A stretch of 64,000 nt of DNA, taken from Alphaproteobacteria bacterium. GTDB taxonomy: Bacteria > Pseudomonadota > Alphaproteobacteria > CALKHQ01. Positions 47,309 to 62,074 of the stretch are shown here, in pieces. Under the pieces are notes generated by a model. The model saw nothing but the letters and a program-made list of their open reading frames with translations, had not been told where the DNA came from and ran no database searches. Every line of letters begins with the position of its first letter. Position 1 is the stretch's first letter. The DNA lies in contig CBDDFZ010000002.1 in NCBI GenBank assembly GCA_965227515.1, positions 1,312,001 through 1,376,000 on the forward strand. The letters are read 5' to 3'. The translations under genes were made by a program, and so were the position numbers.

Positions 47309-48301
47309 ATGGCTAATCGTTTGGTGACCGTATTCGGCGGTTCGGGGTTTGTCGGGCGCCACACGGTGCGGCTGTTCGCGGCCGACGGCGACCTTGTGCG
47401 TGTTGCGGTGCGGTCCCCGGACGACGCGCTGTTCCTGAAGCCGATGGGCGATGTGGGCCAGGTGACGCCGGTGGCGGCCTCGATCCAGAACGAGCGCACG
47501 GTTGCGGCGGCGTGCGAGGGCGCGGACGCGGTGATCAATCTGGTCGGCATCCTGAACGAACGCGGCAGCCGCTCGTTCCAGGCCATTCACGTCGATGGCG
47601 CGCGCATGGTCGCCGAGGCGGCGCGCAAGGCCGGGGCGACCAAGTTCGTCCACCTGTCGGCGTTGGGCGCCGGCCTGACCGCGCCGTCGCGCTACCTGCA
47701 GTCGAAGGCGCTGGGCGAACAGGCGGTGCGCGAGGCGTTTCCCGACGCGGTGATCATTCGCCCATCCATCGTCTTCGGGCCCGAGGACGAGTTCTTCAAC
47801 CGCTTCGCCAGCCTGTCACGGCTGATGCCGGCGCTGCCGGTGCTGGGCGTGGAATACTCGCGCGACGACCTGATGAACGGGCGTTATTGCGGCAACGAGG
47901 GCACCAAGTTCCAGCCGGTCTATGTCGGCGACCTGGCCGCCGCGATCCACCAGACCGCCGCCACCACCGCCTATGCCGGCGAGACATTCGAGGCGGTCGG
48001 CCCGAACGTCTACACCTTCAAGGCGCTGATGGAGATGGTCATGCAGGCGACCCGGCGCCGGCGCCTGCTGGCACCGGTGCCGCTGTGGGCCGCCAATATC
48101 ATGGCAACGTTCGCCGGTTTGCTGCCGAACCCGCCGATCACCCGCGATCAGGTCCGCTCGCTGTCGGTCGACAACGTCGCCACCGGCGAATGCAAGAGCC
48201 TGGCCGACCTGGGCATCGTGCCGTCGGGCCCTGGTGCGCTGGTCGAGACCTACCTGGACACCTACCGCGTCGGCGGCCGGTTCGACAGCCTGCGCACCTA
48301 G
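47309..48301 (+). CDS. Complex I NDUFA9 family atypical SDR
   Basis: TVFGGSGFVG, LKPMGDVGQV, VINLVGIL, RPSIVFGPED.FFNRFA, FQPVYVGD. Confidence 0.92.
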   Translation: MANRLVTVFGGSGFVGRHTVRLFAADGDLVRVAVRSPDDALFLKPMGDVGQVTPVAASIQNERTVAAACEGADAVINLVGILNERGSRSFQAIHVDGARMVAEAARKAGATKFVHLSALGAGLTAPSRYLQSKALGEQAVREAFPDAVIIRPSIVFGPEDEFFNRFASLSRLMPALPVLGVEYSRDDLMNGRYCGNEGTKFQPVYVGDLAAAIHQTAATTAYAGETFEAVGPNVYTFKALMEMVMQATRRRRLLAPVPLWAANIMATFAGLLPNPPITRDQVRSLSVDNVATGECKSLADLGIVPSGPGALVETYLDTYRVGGRFDSLRT

Positions 48302-48308
48302 CTACGCC

Positions 48309-49493
48309 TTACACCCACATCGAGATGTCGTTTCCGTCGACCTCGAACTTGATCGGACCGCCGTAGACATTCTCCAGCCGCGCGACGTGACTATAGCCAT
48401 CGTCGTTGTGAACATAGATGTCGGTCCAGATGCTTCCGGTGGTCCAGTACTTGTACGCGCTGATCGCATCCGCGTAGCTGGCGACATCCGACATATCGAG
48501 CCGCTCTGACAGGTCGATGGTGTCGGCGCCGCCGTAGTAGTCCAGGATGCGGTCGCCGAAATCGTCGTTGCCGGCGACACGGAAGATATCGTTGCCGGAC
48601 CCGCCGATCAGGTAGTCGAAGCCGCGCCCGCCGACGATCAGGTCGTCGCCCTCCTCGCCGTAGATGAAGTCGTGGCCATCGTCGCCATAGAGCCGGTCGC
48701 CATCGCGACCGCCGTTGATGTAGTCGCTGCCGTCGCCGCCGCGGATGTAGTCGTGGTCGTAGAAGCCGAATAGCTGGTCGTTGCCATCCTCGCCGTAGAT
48801 GCGGTCATCGCCGTCGTAGCCCCGGATGATGTCGTCGCCATCGCCGCCATACAGGTAGTCGCGGCTGTCGAAAGCGCCCGCGTTGGGATTGCTGCTGTGG
48901 GTGCCGGCACCCGATATGACGTCGTTGCCGGCACCGCCATGCACGACGTCGCGCCCAAGCCCGCCGGCAAGCATGTCGTTGCCGTCCTCGCCATAGACGT
49001 GATCGTTGCCGCTGCCGGCCCACACGATGTCGTTGCCTGCGCCGCCGAGGACGATGTCGTTGCCCTCGTCGCCATTGGCATAGTCGTTGCCGTTGCCCAG
49101 CTCGATGTAGTCATTGCCTTCGCCGGCATAGGCGACGTCGTTGCCGTCACGGCCATAGACACGGTCGTTGCCGATGCCGCCCCACATGGCATCGTTGCCG
49201 GTGCCGCCGTCCAGGAAGTCGTCGCCGGCGCCGCCGATCAGGTAGTCGTGGCCGGCGCCGCCGAACAGGCTGTCCGGCCCACCGACATGGGGCAGGCCGG
49301 TTTCGTCGGGATATTCGTCGGCGTCGTATTCGATGCCGTCGCCCCAGATGACGTCGTTGCCGCCTAGGCCCTCGATGGTGTCTCCGGCGGTCGATCCCTC
49401 GATGGTCTCGCCTGCTGCGGTGCCGACGATGTGACGCCCAATCGGCACCGGTATCGGGTTGATCGTGGGCGGAAGAATGAATTTGTCGAACAT
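48309..49493 (-). CDS. RTX (hemolysin-type Ca-binding) repeat protein
   Basis: Numerous GGxGxDxL nonapeptides over most of the length; no signal peptide. Confidence 0.88.
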   Translation of the reverse strand: MFDKFILPPTINPIPVPIGRHIVGTAAGETIEGSTAGDTIEGLGGNDVIWGDGIEYDADEYPDETGLPHVGGPDSLFGGAGHDYLIGGAGDDFLDGGTGNDAMWGGIGNDRVYGRDGNDVAYAGEGNDYIELGNGNDYANGDEGNDIVLGGAGNDIVWAGSGNDHVYGEDGNDMLAGGLGRDVVHGGAGNDVISGAGTHSSNPNAGAFDSRDYLYGGDGDDIIRGYDGDDRIYGEDGNDQLFGFYDHDYIRGGDGSDYINGGRDGDRLYGDDGHDFIYGEEGDDLIVGGRGFDYLIGGSGNDIFRVAGNDDFGDRILDYYGGADTIDLSERLDMSDVASYADAISAYKYWTTGSIWTDIYVHNDDGYSHVARLENVYGGPIKFEVDGNDISMWV

Positions 49494-49691
49494 GATTTCA
49501 GAACCCCTGGTCGCTGTTGTTTCAACGTATCCAGTGGAGTGGTCGTGGCCGGCCGCTTGTGGGTTCAATACCAGGGCGCCGACGTGAGCATCGGGGGCGA
49601 AACGATCACGCGCGCGTCAGGAAAGAGGTGGTCCTGAAACGCGTACAGCGCCGCCCGAGGGCGACGCCGCGCGCGATCCGCAGTGCTATGG

Positions 49692-50732
49692 TCAGGCAAT
49701 CAGGTAGGCCTCGGTGGTGTCCGTCACGACCATGATCTGATCGACATAGCCACTGAAATGGGCGGCGTGGCGCAGGCCGTCCGCAGTGACGATGAACAGG
49801 TCGGAATGGGCCGCCTCTCCGGGGCCGCCCTGGTCCGCGACGAAGAACCAGTGGTTTTCGACCGTGCCCAGCTCCCAAAGCTCGAATTCTTCCTCGTCGG
49901 TGTAGAACTCGCCGATATCGACGATGTCGCCTTCTTCGAAATCGTAGTCCAGGACGGTGTCCGCTTTGATGTCCAGGCGTGACATGGTGAAAATGTCCGC
50001 GCCCGCGCCGCCGACCATCAGGTCCTTGCCGGCGTAGCCATGAAGCTGGTCGTCGCCGTCGTCGCCGAGCAGGTAGTCGTCGCCGTCGCCGCCGAACAGG
50101 TCGTCATTGCCGGCGCCGCCCAGCAGGACGTCGTGGCCGTCGCCGCCGTCCATGCGGTCGTTGCCGGCCTTGCCTTCCAGCCAGTCATTGCCGTCCTCGC
50201 CGAACATGCCGTCGTTGTTGGACGAGCCGAATATGCGGTCGTCGCCGTCGCCACCATACATGCGGTCATAGCTGCCGTCGCCGTCGTCGCCCGGGTCCTG
50301 GCCGTAGATCTCGTCGTTACCGGCGCCGCCGCGCAGAAGGTCCTGGCCCTCTCCGCCGATGATGGTGTCGTCGCCCGCGCCACCGTCGACGACGTCGTCT
50401 CCGGCCCCGGCGAAGACGATGTCATTACCGTTGCCGCCGAGGATATCGTCGTCGCCATTGCCGCCGTCGATTTCGTCGTTGCCGTTGCCGCCAAAGAGCG
50501 CGTCGTTGCCGTCACGGCCGTGGATCCGGTCGTTGCCGTCGTCGCCGAAGATCCAGTCGTCGCCATCAATGCCGCGCAGGTCGTCGTCTCCGGCGGTGCC
50601 GCGCAGCGACAGGCCAAGCGGGTAGGGATCCTTGATCGGGTCGATAAAGATGTCCCTGGGATCGCCGTCCTTGACCGGATCGCTGGCCAGGGACTGGGAT
50701 TGCAGGTCGGCGGTGAATTGATCCTTGAACAT
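49692..50732 (-). CDS. RTX (hemolysin-type Ca-binding) repeat protein
   Basis: Numerous GGxGxD repeats ending GGAGADIF..DTVLDY.FEEGD.VD; AGGAG RBS. Confidence 0.88.
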   Translation of the reverse strand: MFKDQFTADLQSQSLASDPVKDGDPRDIFIDPIKDPYPLGLSLRGTAGDDDLRGIDGDDWIFGDDGNDRIHGRDGNDALFGGNGNDEIDGGNGDDDILGGNGNDIVFAGAGDDVVDGGAGDDTIIGGEGQDLLRGGAGNDEIYGQDPGDDGDGSYDRMYGGDGDDRIFGSSNNDGMFGEDGNDWLEGKAGNDRMDGGDGHDVLLGGAGNDDLFGGDGDDYLLGDDGDDQLHGYAGKDLMVGGAGADIFTMSRLDIKADTVLDYDFEEGDIVDIGEFYTDEEEFELWELGTVENHWFFVADQGGPGEAAHSDLFIVTADGLRHAAHFSGYVDQIMVVTDTTEAYLIA

Positions 50733-50895
50733 GGGTGTTGCTCCTGTCGCATGTTTCGTTCGCACCGACAGGGCCGTCGCGGCGGGGGCTGCGCGCGTTC
50801 AGCGTCTCGCGACAGTGTTATGTGGACGCACGAATGGCTCGCGCGCCCGTGAGCGGAAGCGGCGGAAAGATAACGCGGCCGTTATCGGGACGGGG

Positions 50896-51735
50896 TCAGG
50901 CGGTGCCCCAGAACCACCAGATCAGGAAGGCGCCGAATGCAATGCGGTAGAGCACGAACGGCCAGTAGCCGGCCTTGCGCAGCCACGCCATCATCGCCCA
51001 GATCGCGACCAGCGCCGCCACGAACGACAATGCCAGTCCCAGCAGGGCATCGGTGGTGACGGCCCAGTCGCCGGCGTCGACCAGTTCCTTGCCGATCAGA
51101 AGACCGGCGCCGGCAATGGCCGGGATCGACAGCAGCAGCGAGAAGCGTGCGGCCTCGTCGCGCTCATAGCCCAGGAAGCGCGCCGCGGTCATGGTGACGC
51201 CGGCGCGGCTGGTGCCCGGGACCAGCGCCAGAACTTGGGCGAGCCCGATGATGAACGCATCGACCAGGCGCAGATGGCCCAGGCGCTTGATGGTCATGGT
51301 CATGGCATCGGCGATGAACAACAGGATGCCGAAGCCGATGGACGTGACCCCGATCACCACCGGGTCGCGCAGGCTCATCATGAGCTCGCCGTTCATGAAG
51401 CCGCCGTCGGCATCGTCGCCGGTCGTGGAGATCAGGTAGCCCGCCGCGACGATGGGCAGCGTGCCGACGATGACGCCCCAGGTTAGCCGGCTGTTGGCAT
51501 CGAAGCGCCCCCACAGCGGGCTGACCAGGCCGACGATCATGCGCAGCAGGTCGCGCCAGAAATAGATCATCACGGCGAGCAAGGTGCCGACATGGACGGC
51601 GACATCGAAGCTGAGACCCTGGTCCGGCCAGCCGAAGATCTGCGACGTGACCACCAGGTGCCCGGACGAACTGATCGGCAGGAACTCGGTGATGCCCTGC
51701 ACCAGTGCCAGGACAGCGGTTTGCAGCAGGTCCAA
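50896..51735 (-). CDS. uppP: Undecaprenyl-diphosphate phosphatase
   Basis: QGITEFLPISSSGHL, ALVPGTSRAG, AARFS; TTG start inferred. Confidence 0.94.
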   Translation of the reverse strand: MDLLQTAVLALVQGITEFLPISSSGHLVVTSQIFGWPDQGLSFDVAVHVGTLLAVMIYFWRDLLRMIVGLVSPLWGRFDANSRLTWGVIVGTLPIVAAGYLISTTGDDADGGFMNGELMMSLRDPVVIGVTSIGFGILLFIADAMTMTIKRLGHLRLVDAFIIGLAQVLALVPGTSRAGVTMTAARFLGYERDEAARFSLLLSIPAIAGAGLLIGKELVDAGDWAVTTDALLGLALSFVAALVAIWAMMAWLRKAGYWPFVLYRIAFGAFLIWWFWGTA

Positions 51736-52215
51736 TGACGCCCCCTCGATACGTGGCCGCAGGCCCCCAGCACGCGGCATGGTTCGTGCGGCGGCCCGGC
51801 CCGACGCTGATATCCGACAAGGGCGAGTCGGCGCTATGGTTTCGCGATCGCATCCATGTCCGGCAATTCGCAGCGACTCGCTATTATTCCGTTCGGGGAC
51901 TAAGTTGTGGTTTGGGGCTGGCTATCGCACAGGCCCATGCGCAACGTTGGTGTATTACCGTTCGGAAAGGTCAATACTAGATAACCAATTTCCAGTTTGC
52001 GGTTGTCGACGCAGGGATTTCCGGCTAGACTTCACCTTCATCCAGGTAGGCGTTTGCCGGGACGTCATGTCCAACGCGCGAGCGCCGCAAGGATGGCCAG
52101 GCAACGCATCGCCGCCGTGGACGAGACAGGTGAGGTCTTGTCGAGTGGCGTTGCCGTGGGCCCGGCAGGGAAAGTTCCCGCCATGTTTGGGGTAGACTAG
52201 GGAGCGCTATCGGCA

Positions 52216-53676
52216 ATGCCCGGTCGCATGCTGCAATTCGTCAATGTCGGCCAGCGCATGCCAGACAAGCGCGCTGCCGAGGAGCGTCGCGAGGACTTCC
52301 GCGAGATCTATGCGGAGTACGCGCGCGAGCGCGCCCAGCAGCAGTCGTCGCGCTGTTCCCAGTGCGGCGTGCCGTATTGCCAGGTGCATTGCCCGCTCAG
52401 CAACAACATCCCCGACTGGCTGATGCTCACCGCCAACGGGCGGCTGGAAGAGGCGTACGAGGTCTCGTCGGCGACCAACACGTTCCCGGAAATCTGCGGC
52501 CGCATCTGCCCGCAGGACCGGCTGTGCGAGGGCAATTGCGTCATCGAGCAGTCGACCCACGGCACCGTCACCATCGGCGCGGTCGAGAAGTACATCACCG
52601 AGACCGCGTTCGAGAGCGGATGGGTGCGGCCGATCAAGCCGCGCGAGGAACTGGCGCAGTCGGTCGGCATCATCGGCGCCGGTCCCGGCGGGCTGGCGGC
52701 TGCGGCGCGGCTGCGCGCGATGGGCTATCAGGCCACGGTGTACGACCGCTATGACCGGGCCGGCGGCCTGCTGATCTACGGCATTCCGAACTTCAAGCTG
52801 GAAAAGCAGGTGGTCACGCGCCGCCGCGACTGGCTGGCGGAGAGCGGCGTCGCCTTCGAGCTGGATTGCGACGTCGGCAACGATATCTCGTTCGAGGAGC
52901 TGCGCGCGCGGCACGACGCGGTGCTGATCGCGACCGGCGTCTACAAGGCACGCGCCATCCAGGTGCCGGGCGTCGGCCTGCCCAACGTCGTCGATGCGCT
53001 GGACTTCCTGGTCTCGTCCAACCGCAAGGGCCTGGGCGACAAGGTGCCGGAGTTCGACAGCGGAGCGCTGAACGCCGAGGACAAACAGGTGGTTGTCATC
53101 GGCGGTGGCGACACCGCCATGGACTGCGTGCGTACCGCCGTGCGCCAGGGGGCAACGTCGGTGACCTGCCTCTACCGCCGCGACCGCGCCAACATGCCGG
53201 GCTCGCAGCGCGAAGTGGCCAACGCCGAGGAAGAGGGCGTGGTGTTCGAGTGGCTGGCCGCGCCGGACGCCTTCGTCGGCGATGTCGACGGCGGGGTCGA
53301 AGGCGTGCGCGCCCATCGCATGCGGTTGGGCCCGTCGGACGCCACCGGGCGCCAGGCGCCCGAGCCGCTGCCCGACAGCCAGTTCACCGTGCCGGCCGAC
53401 CTCGTCATCAAGGCGCTGGGTTTCGACCCGGAGGACCTGCCGCACGCATTCGGCATGCCGGAGCTGCCGGTCACCCGCTGGGGCACGTTGAAGGTCGACT
53501 GGTCGACCCTGATGACCGAGATGGACGGGGTGTTTGCCGCTGGCGACATCATCCGCGGCGCGTCCCTGGTGGTCTGGGCGGTGCGCGACGGCCATGACGC
53601 GGCGGCCGCGATCGACGTGTACCTGCAGGCCAAGGCGGCCGGAGTCGAGACCGCGGCGACGATCGCCGCCGAATAG
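52216..53676 (+). CDS. gltD: Glutamate synthase NADPH small subunit
   Basis: RCSQCGVPYCQVHCP, GRICPQDRLCEG, GGGDTAMDC, RGASLVVWA. Confidence 0.95.
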   Translation: MPGRMLQFVNVGQRMPDKRAAEERREDFREIYAEYARERAQQQSSRCSQCGVPYCQVHCPLSNNIPDWLMLTANGRLEEAYEVSSATNTFPEICGRICPQDRLCEGNCVIEQSTHGTVTIGAVEKYITETAFESGWVRPIKPREELAQSVGIIGAGPGGLAAAARLRAMGYQATVYDRYDRAGGLLIYGIPNFKLEKQVVTRRRDWLAESGVAFELDCDVGNDISFEELRARHDAVLIATGVYKARAIQVPGVGLPNVVDALDFLVSSNRKGLGDKVPEFDSGALNAEDKQVVVIGGGDTAMDCVRTAVRQGATSVTCLYRRDRANMPGSQREVANAEEEGVVFEWLAAPDAFVGDVDGGVEGVRAHRMRLGPSDATGRQAPEPLPDSQFTVPADLVIKALGFDPEDLPHAFGMPELPVTRWGTLKVDWSTLMTEMDGVFAAGDIIRGASLVVWAVRDGHDAAAAIDVYLQAKAAGVETAATIAAE

Positions 53677-53749
53677 TCCGGCTGCTGCCGGTTTCGAGCA
53701 ATACTGCCGTGGCCGCCGGCCGCGCGCGATCAGGGGTTGAGGGTGTGCC

Positions 53750-58309
<4,560 letters not shown>

Positions 58310-58326
58310 ACGCACACGCTGATACG

Positions 58327-58932
58327 ATGCTATTGGACGCTTCCGGGCCGCTCGTGGTCCTGGACCTGGAATTCACTGCCTGGCGCGGCTCGCGCGAGCG
58401 CAACTGGTCGCGCCGCGGCGAGCACCGCGAGATCATCCACATCGGCGCCGTGCGCCTGGGCCCCGGGCCGGCGTTCGAGGAAACCGACATCCTGGACATC
58501 CTGGTCCGCCCGGCGCGCAACCCGAACCTGTCGGACTACATCGTCGACCTGACCGGCATCACCCAGGAGGAACTGGACGAGGACGGCATGCCCTACGCCG
58601 AGGCGCAGGAGATGCTGGACGAGTTCGTCACCGAGGATGTCGCCATGGTGCTGGCCAATGGCGACGACCGCGATGTGCTGCGGGAGAATGCGGACCTGAA
58701 CCAGGTGAAATGGTTCAGCCGCGACGACAGTATGACGAATATTCGCGACTGGCTGGCCAACGGCCTGGAGCGCGAGCCGGGCTCGTTCGAGAGCGCGGAA
58801 CTGCCGGCCCTGCTGGGGGCGGAGTCGCCCGGTCCGGCGCACGACGCACTGGCGGACGCGCGGGCGATTGCGCTCGCCATGCGGCTGTTGTACCCACGTG
58901 GGTTTTCGCGCGCCGGCGAAGAGGCCGACTGA
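58327..58932 (+). CDS. DEDDh 3'-5' exonuclease (ERI-1/KapD-like)
   Basis: LDLEFT, EIIHIGAV, LTGITQ, HDALADA. Confidence 0.87.
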   Translation: MLLDASGPLVVLDLEFTAWRGSRERNWSRRGEHREIIHIGAVRLGPGPAFEETDILDILVRPARNPNLSDYIVDLTGITQEELDEDGMPYAEAQEMLDEFVTEDVAMVLANGDDRDVLRENADLNQVKWFSRDDSMTNIRDWLANGLEREPGSFESAELPALLGAESPGPAHDALADARAIALAMRLLYPRGFSRAGEEAD

Positions 58933-58996
58933 CGCGCGTGGCGATGGCCGGGCTGCCGGCCGCGATCCCAATTTTACAAGCGGGCACGGTGACAGC

Positions 58997-59671
58997 TTGG
59001 GCTCCGATCGGACATTGATTCACATGTGGCTGTCGCCGGCCTGCCGGGCGGTGCGCATTCTGCTGGCCGAGAAGGACCTGCCGTTCGAGCTGAAGTTCGA
59101 GAACGTGCTCGACCGGCGCGAGCCGTTCCTGCGCCTCAACCCGGCGGGCGAGGTGCCGACCCTGGTGGAGAACGAGCGCGTCATCGGCGGCGCCCACGCC
59201 ATTCTGGAATACCTCGATGAGGTCCATCCGGAGCCGGCGATGCTGTGGGGCGACCCGGTCCAGCGGGCGGAGATCAGGCGCCTGGTCGACTGGTTCGCCG
59301 GCAAGTTCGAGCGCGAGGTGACCGAGAATCTGGTCGGCGAGAAGATCTTCAAGCGCTTCTACGGCCAGGGGCACCCGGACTCGACGGCGGTACGCGCCGG
59401 CCACATGAACGTGCTCTACCACCTGCAATATGTCAGCTACCTGGCCGACCGCAGGCGGTGGCTGGCCGGCGATTCAATGTCGCTGGCCGATATTTGGGCC
59501 GCCGCTCAGCTGAGCTGCATCGACTATCTGGGCGACATCCGCTGGGACGACCATCCCGTGGCGCGGGACTGGTATGCCCGCATGAAGTCGCGCCCCAGCT
59601 TCCGCCCGCTGCTGGCCGACCACCTGCCCGGCGCCAAACCGCCGAAGCACTACGCCGATCTGGATTTCTAG
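58997..59671 (+). CDS. Glutathione S-transferase family protein, FzlA-like
   Basis: LSPACR, LNPAGEVP, WYARMKSRPSFRPLL, C-terminal HYADLDF; start uncertain (TTG 58997 or ATG 59024). Confidence 0.85.
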   Translation: MGSDRTLIHMWLSPACRAVRILLAEKDLPFELKFENVLDRREPFLRLNPAGEVPTLVENERVIGGAHAILEYLDEVHPEPAMLWGDPVQRAEIRRLVDWFAGKFEREVTENLVGEKIFKRFYGQGHPDSTAVRAGHMNVLYHLQYVSYLADRRRWLAGDSMSLADIWAAAQLSCIDYLGDIRWDDHPVARDWYARMKSRPSFRPLLADHLPGAKPPKHYADLDF

Positions 59672-59805
59672 CTCGCCACTGTTGCGACAGGCGTCGGCAC
59701 CGCGTGCCGGCACCGCTGCCCATGACCGCACTACAGCCTTCGGAACACTTCGCGCCGCATCGTGTTGTCCCTGCCAGAGACCACGCCAACGGTGGGAGAT
59801 GTGTT

Positions 59806-60561
59806 GTGCTTTATGCCCTGAAGGACCTGCAACACTATGCCCTGCAGGCAACCGACGACACGTTGGGCACGGTCAAGGACATCTACTTTGACGATAGCGA
59901 CTGGTCGGTGCGCTATCTGGTCGCCAACAGCGGCGGATGGCTGTTCGGCCGGGAGGTGCTGCTGAGCGTTTCGGCGCTTGGCGAGTCGGACCCGGAGGAG
60001 AACAACATCGCCGTGGCGCTGACCAAGCAGGAGATCAAGAACGCGCCCTCGCCGGCGACGCACCTGCCGGTTTCTGAGCGGGGCCGGGATGCCAAGTTGC
60101 CCCTGTATATCAGCAGCGAGGCGCACACCCCGTTCCCGACCTACATGCCCATGTTCGGCATGGCGTTGCAGGGCCGGCCTTACGACGGGTCGAGCCACGA
60201 GGCCGACCTGGCGGTGCGCGAAGCCGCCGACCCGCACCTGCGCAGCGCCGATGACCTCTGTGGCTATGCAATCCACGCGAAGGACGGAAATGTCGGCTCG
60301 GTCGCCGATGTGATCGTTGACCAGAACCCCTGGCGGCTCCGCTACATGGTCGTCGACACCGCCGGCTGGTTCAGCGAGCGGCTGGTCGTGCTGGGCGTCG
60401 ACTGGATCACGTCGATGGACTGGCACGAACGCGAGATTGTCGTGCCGGTGACCAAGCAGAGGGTCGAGGACAGCCCGCCGCTGAAGAGCCTGCGCGACCT
60501 GGACCGGCCGTTCGAGCAGCGGCTGCACGAGGCGTTCGGGTTCCCGCTCTACTGGCGGTGA
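59806..60561 (+). CDS. Tandem PRC-barrel domain protein
   Basis: ATDDTLGTVKDIYFDD..WSVRYLV and PHLRS..GYAIHAKDG..WRLRYMVVDT; GTG start with GGGAG RBS. Confidence 0.85.
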   Translation: MLYALKDLQHYALQATDDTLGTVKDIYFDDSDWSVRYLVANSGGWLFGREVLLSVSALGESDPEENNIAVALTKQEIKNAPSPATHLPVSERGRDAKLPLYISSEAHTPFPTYMPMFGMALQGRPYDGSSHEADLAVREAADPHLRSADDLCGYAIHAKDGNVGSVADVIVDQNPWRLRYMVVDTAGWFSERLVVLGVDWITSMDWHEREIVVPVTKQRVEDSPPLKSLRDLDRPFEQRLHEAFGFPLYWR

Positions 60562-60641
60562 TCCTGCGCCACCAAGGCATATCTGGGCAATACGCCTGGT
60601 CCTGCGTTACCATGCCCCGTGTCATGGACTTGGGGCTCGCC

Positions 60642-61058
60642 ATGGAGCAAATCTCTGCCGAAGACTTTCATGCTGTCGTGGCCGACCGGCCCCGGGTAGC
60701 GGCGGTGCTGCATGCCGGCCCGCTGGCCGATCACGAGGATGTCGCGCGCCTGGTCGAGGAGGTCGAACCGGGCGCGGGCGACTGGGCCTGGCTCGGCGTC
60801 GACACGGACGATGCATCCGACCTCGCCGCCATGTTCGGTGTCGAGGCCGCCGACCCCAACCTGCTTGTGATGCGCGACCGGGTGGTGCTGTACTGCGCCC
60901 CGGTGGTGGCGCGTTCGGCGCCGGAAACGCTGGAGTTGCTGCAGCGCGCGGGCACGCTGGACATGCAGCGGGTCCAGGGTGAAATCCAGGCCAAACGCGA
61001 CAACGAGCAGGCGCTGGCCGGCCGGCGTGTGTGTCCAATGGCGTGGCGGTCGCGCTGA
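60642..61058 (+). CDS. Thioredoxin-fold-like protein lacking CxxC
   Basis: VDTD..DLAAMFGV..P.LLVMRD..LDM..V pattern; start uncertain (60558-60642). Confidence 0.55.
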   Translation: MEQISAEDFHAVVADRPRVAAVLHAGPLADHEDVARLVEEVEPGAGDWAWLGVDTDDASDLAAMFGVEAADPNLLVMRDRVVLYCAPVVARSAPETLELLQRAGTLDMQRVQGEIQAKRDNEQALAGRRVCPMAWRSR

Positions 61059-62062
61059 TGGCGGCGCCCAAGATCCTGATCAATATCGCCCAGCTCCATG
61101 GCCGGCCGGCACCGTTCCTGCAAAGGCTGCAGGACGCAGGCTTCGACCTGGTTCTGAACGAGACCGGCGCACTGCTGCCGGAGGACGAGTTGATCCGACG
61201 CCTGCCGGGCGTCTACGCCACCATGGCCGGTGGCGAGTTCTACAACGAGCGGGTGTTCGCGGCGGCGCCGGACCTGCGCGTGGTCGCGCGCTATGGCGTG
61301 GGTTACGACAGGGTCGATGTGGACGCAGCCAGCCGGCACAACGTCGCCGTCGCGATGGGCTTCGGCTCCAACCACGAGACGGTCGCTGACTTCGCCTTCG
61401 GCATGGTGCTCACCCTCGGGCAGAACCTGTTAGCGTATCATGCGAAGGTGGCGTCGGGCGGCTGGGGGTCCACCGTTCGCCCCGGCGTTTGGGGCCGCAC
61501 ATTGGGCTTGGTTGGGCTTGGGCGCATCGGCAGGGCGACCGCGCGCCGGGCTGCCGGCTTCAAGATGCGGGTGATCGGATATGACGCGGACCCCGCCACC
61601 GCCGATGCGGCGCGCGCCGACGGCGTGGAGCCGGTGTCGCTGGAAACCGTGCTGGCCGAGGCCGATTTCGTCTCGCTGCATGCGCCGAACCTGCCCACCA
61701 CCCGCAACATGATGAGCACCGCGCAGTTTGCGGCGATGAAGCCGACCGCGTTCCTGATCAACACCGCGCGCGGCGAACTGATCGACGAGACCGCCCTCCA
61801 CCACGCGCTAACCACCGGCGTTATCGCCGGTGCCGGCCTCGACGTCTTTGCCGTCGAGCCGCCGGTCGGCTCGCCGCTGCTGGCATTGCCGAACGTGGTG
61901 CTGGCGCCGCATGCCGCCGGATTGGACCAGGCGTCCGAGCGGATGATGGCTGAGGCCTGCGTCGACAACATTCTGACATTGCGCGACGGCGGCATCCCGA
62001 TAGAGAATCGCCTGCTCAATCCGCAAGTCATGGACGCTTGGCGCGCAGCCGGCGAAATCTGA
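61058..62062 (+). CDS. D-2-hydroxyacid / phosphoglycerate dehydrogenase family protein
   Basis: GVGYD, GLGRIG, INTARG, LDVFAVEP, APHAAG. Confidence 0.92.
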   Translation: MAAPKILINIAQLHGRPAPFLQRLQDAGFDLVLNETGALLPEDELIRRLPGVYATMAGGEFYNERVFAAAPDLRVVARYGVGYDRVDVDAASRHNVAVAMGFGSNHETVADFAFGMVLTLGQNLLAYHAKVASGGWGSTVRPGVWGRTLGLVGLGRIGRATARRAAGFKMRVIGYDADPATADAARADGVEPVSLETVLAEADFVSLHAPNLPTTRNMMSTAQFAAMKPTAFLINTARGELIDETALHHALTTGVIAGAGLDVFAVEPPVGSPLLALPNVVLAPHAAGLDQASERMMAEACVDNILTLRDGGIPIENRLLNPQVMDAWRAAGEI

Positions 62063-62074
62063 GGAGACGCGAAT

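Noticed and set aside
58327-58932. Exonuclease as part of an anti-phage defence system
   Set aside because: It is solitary in a housekeeping context (gltB, GST) with no defence partners.
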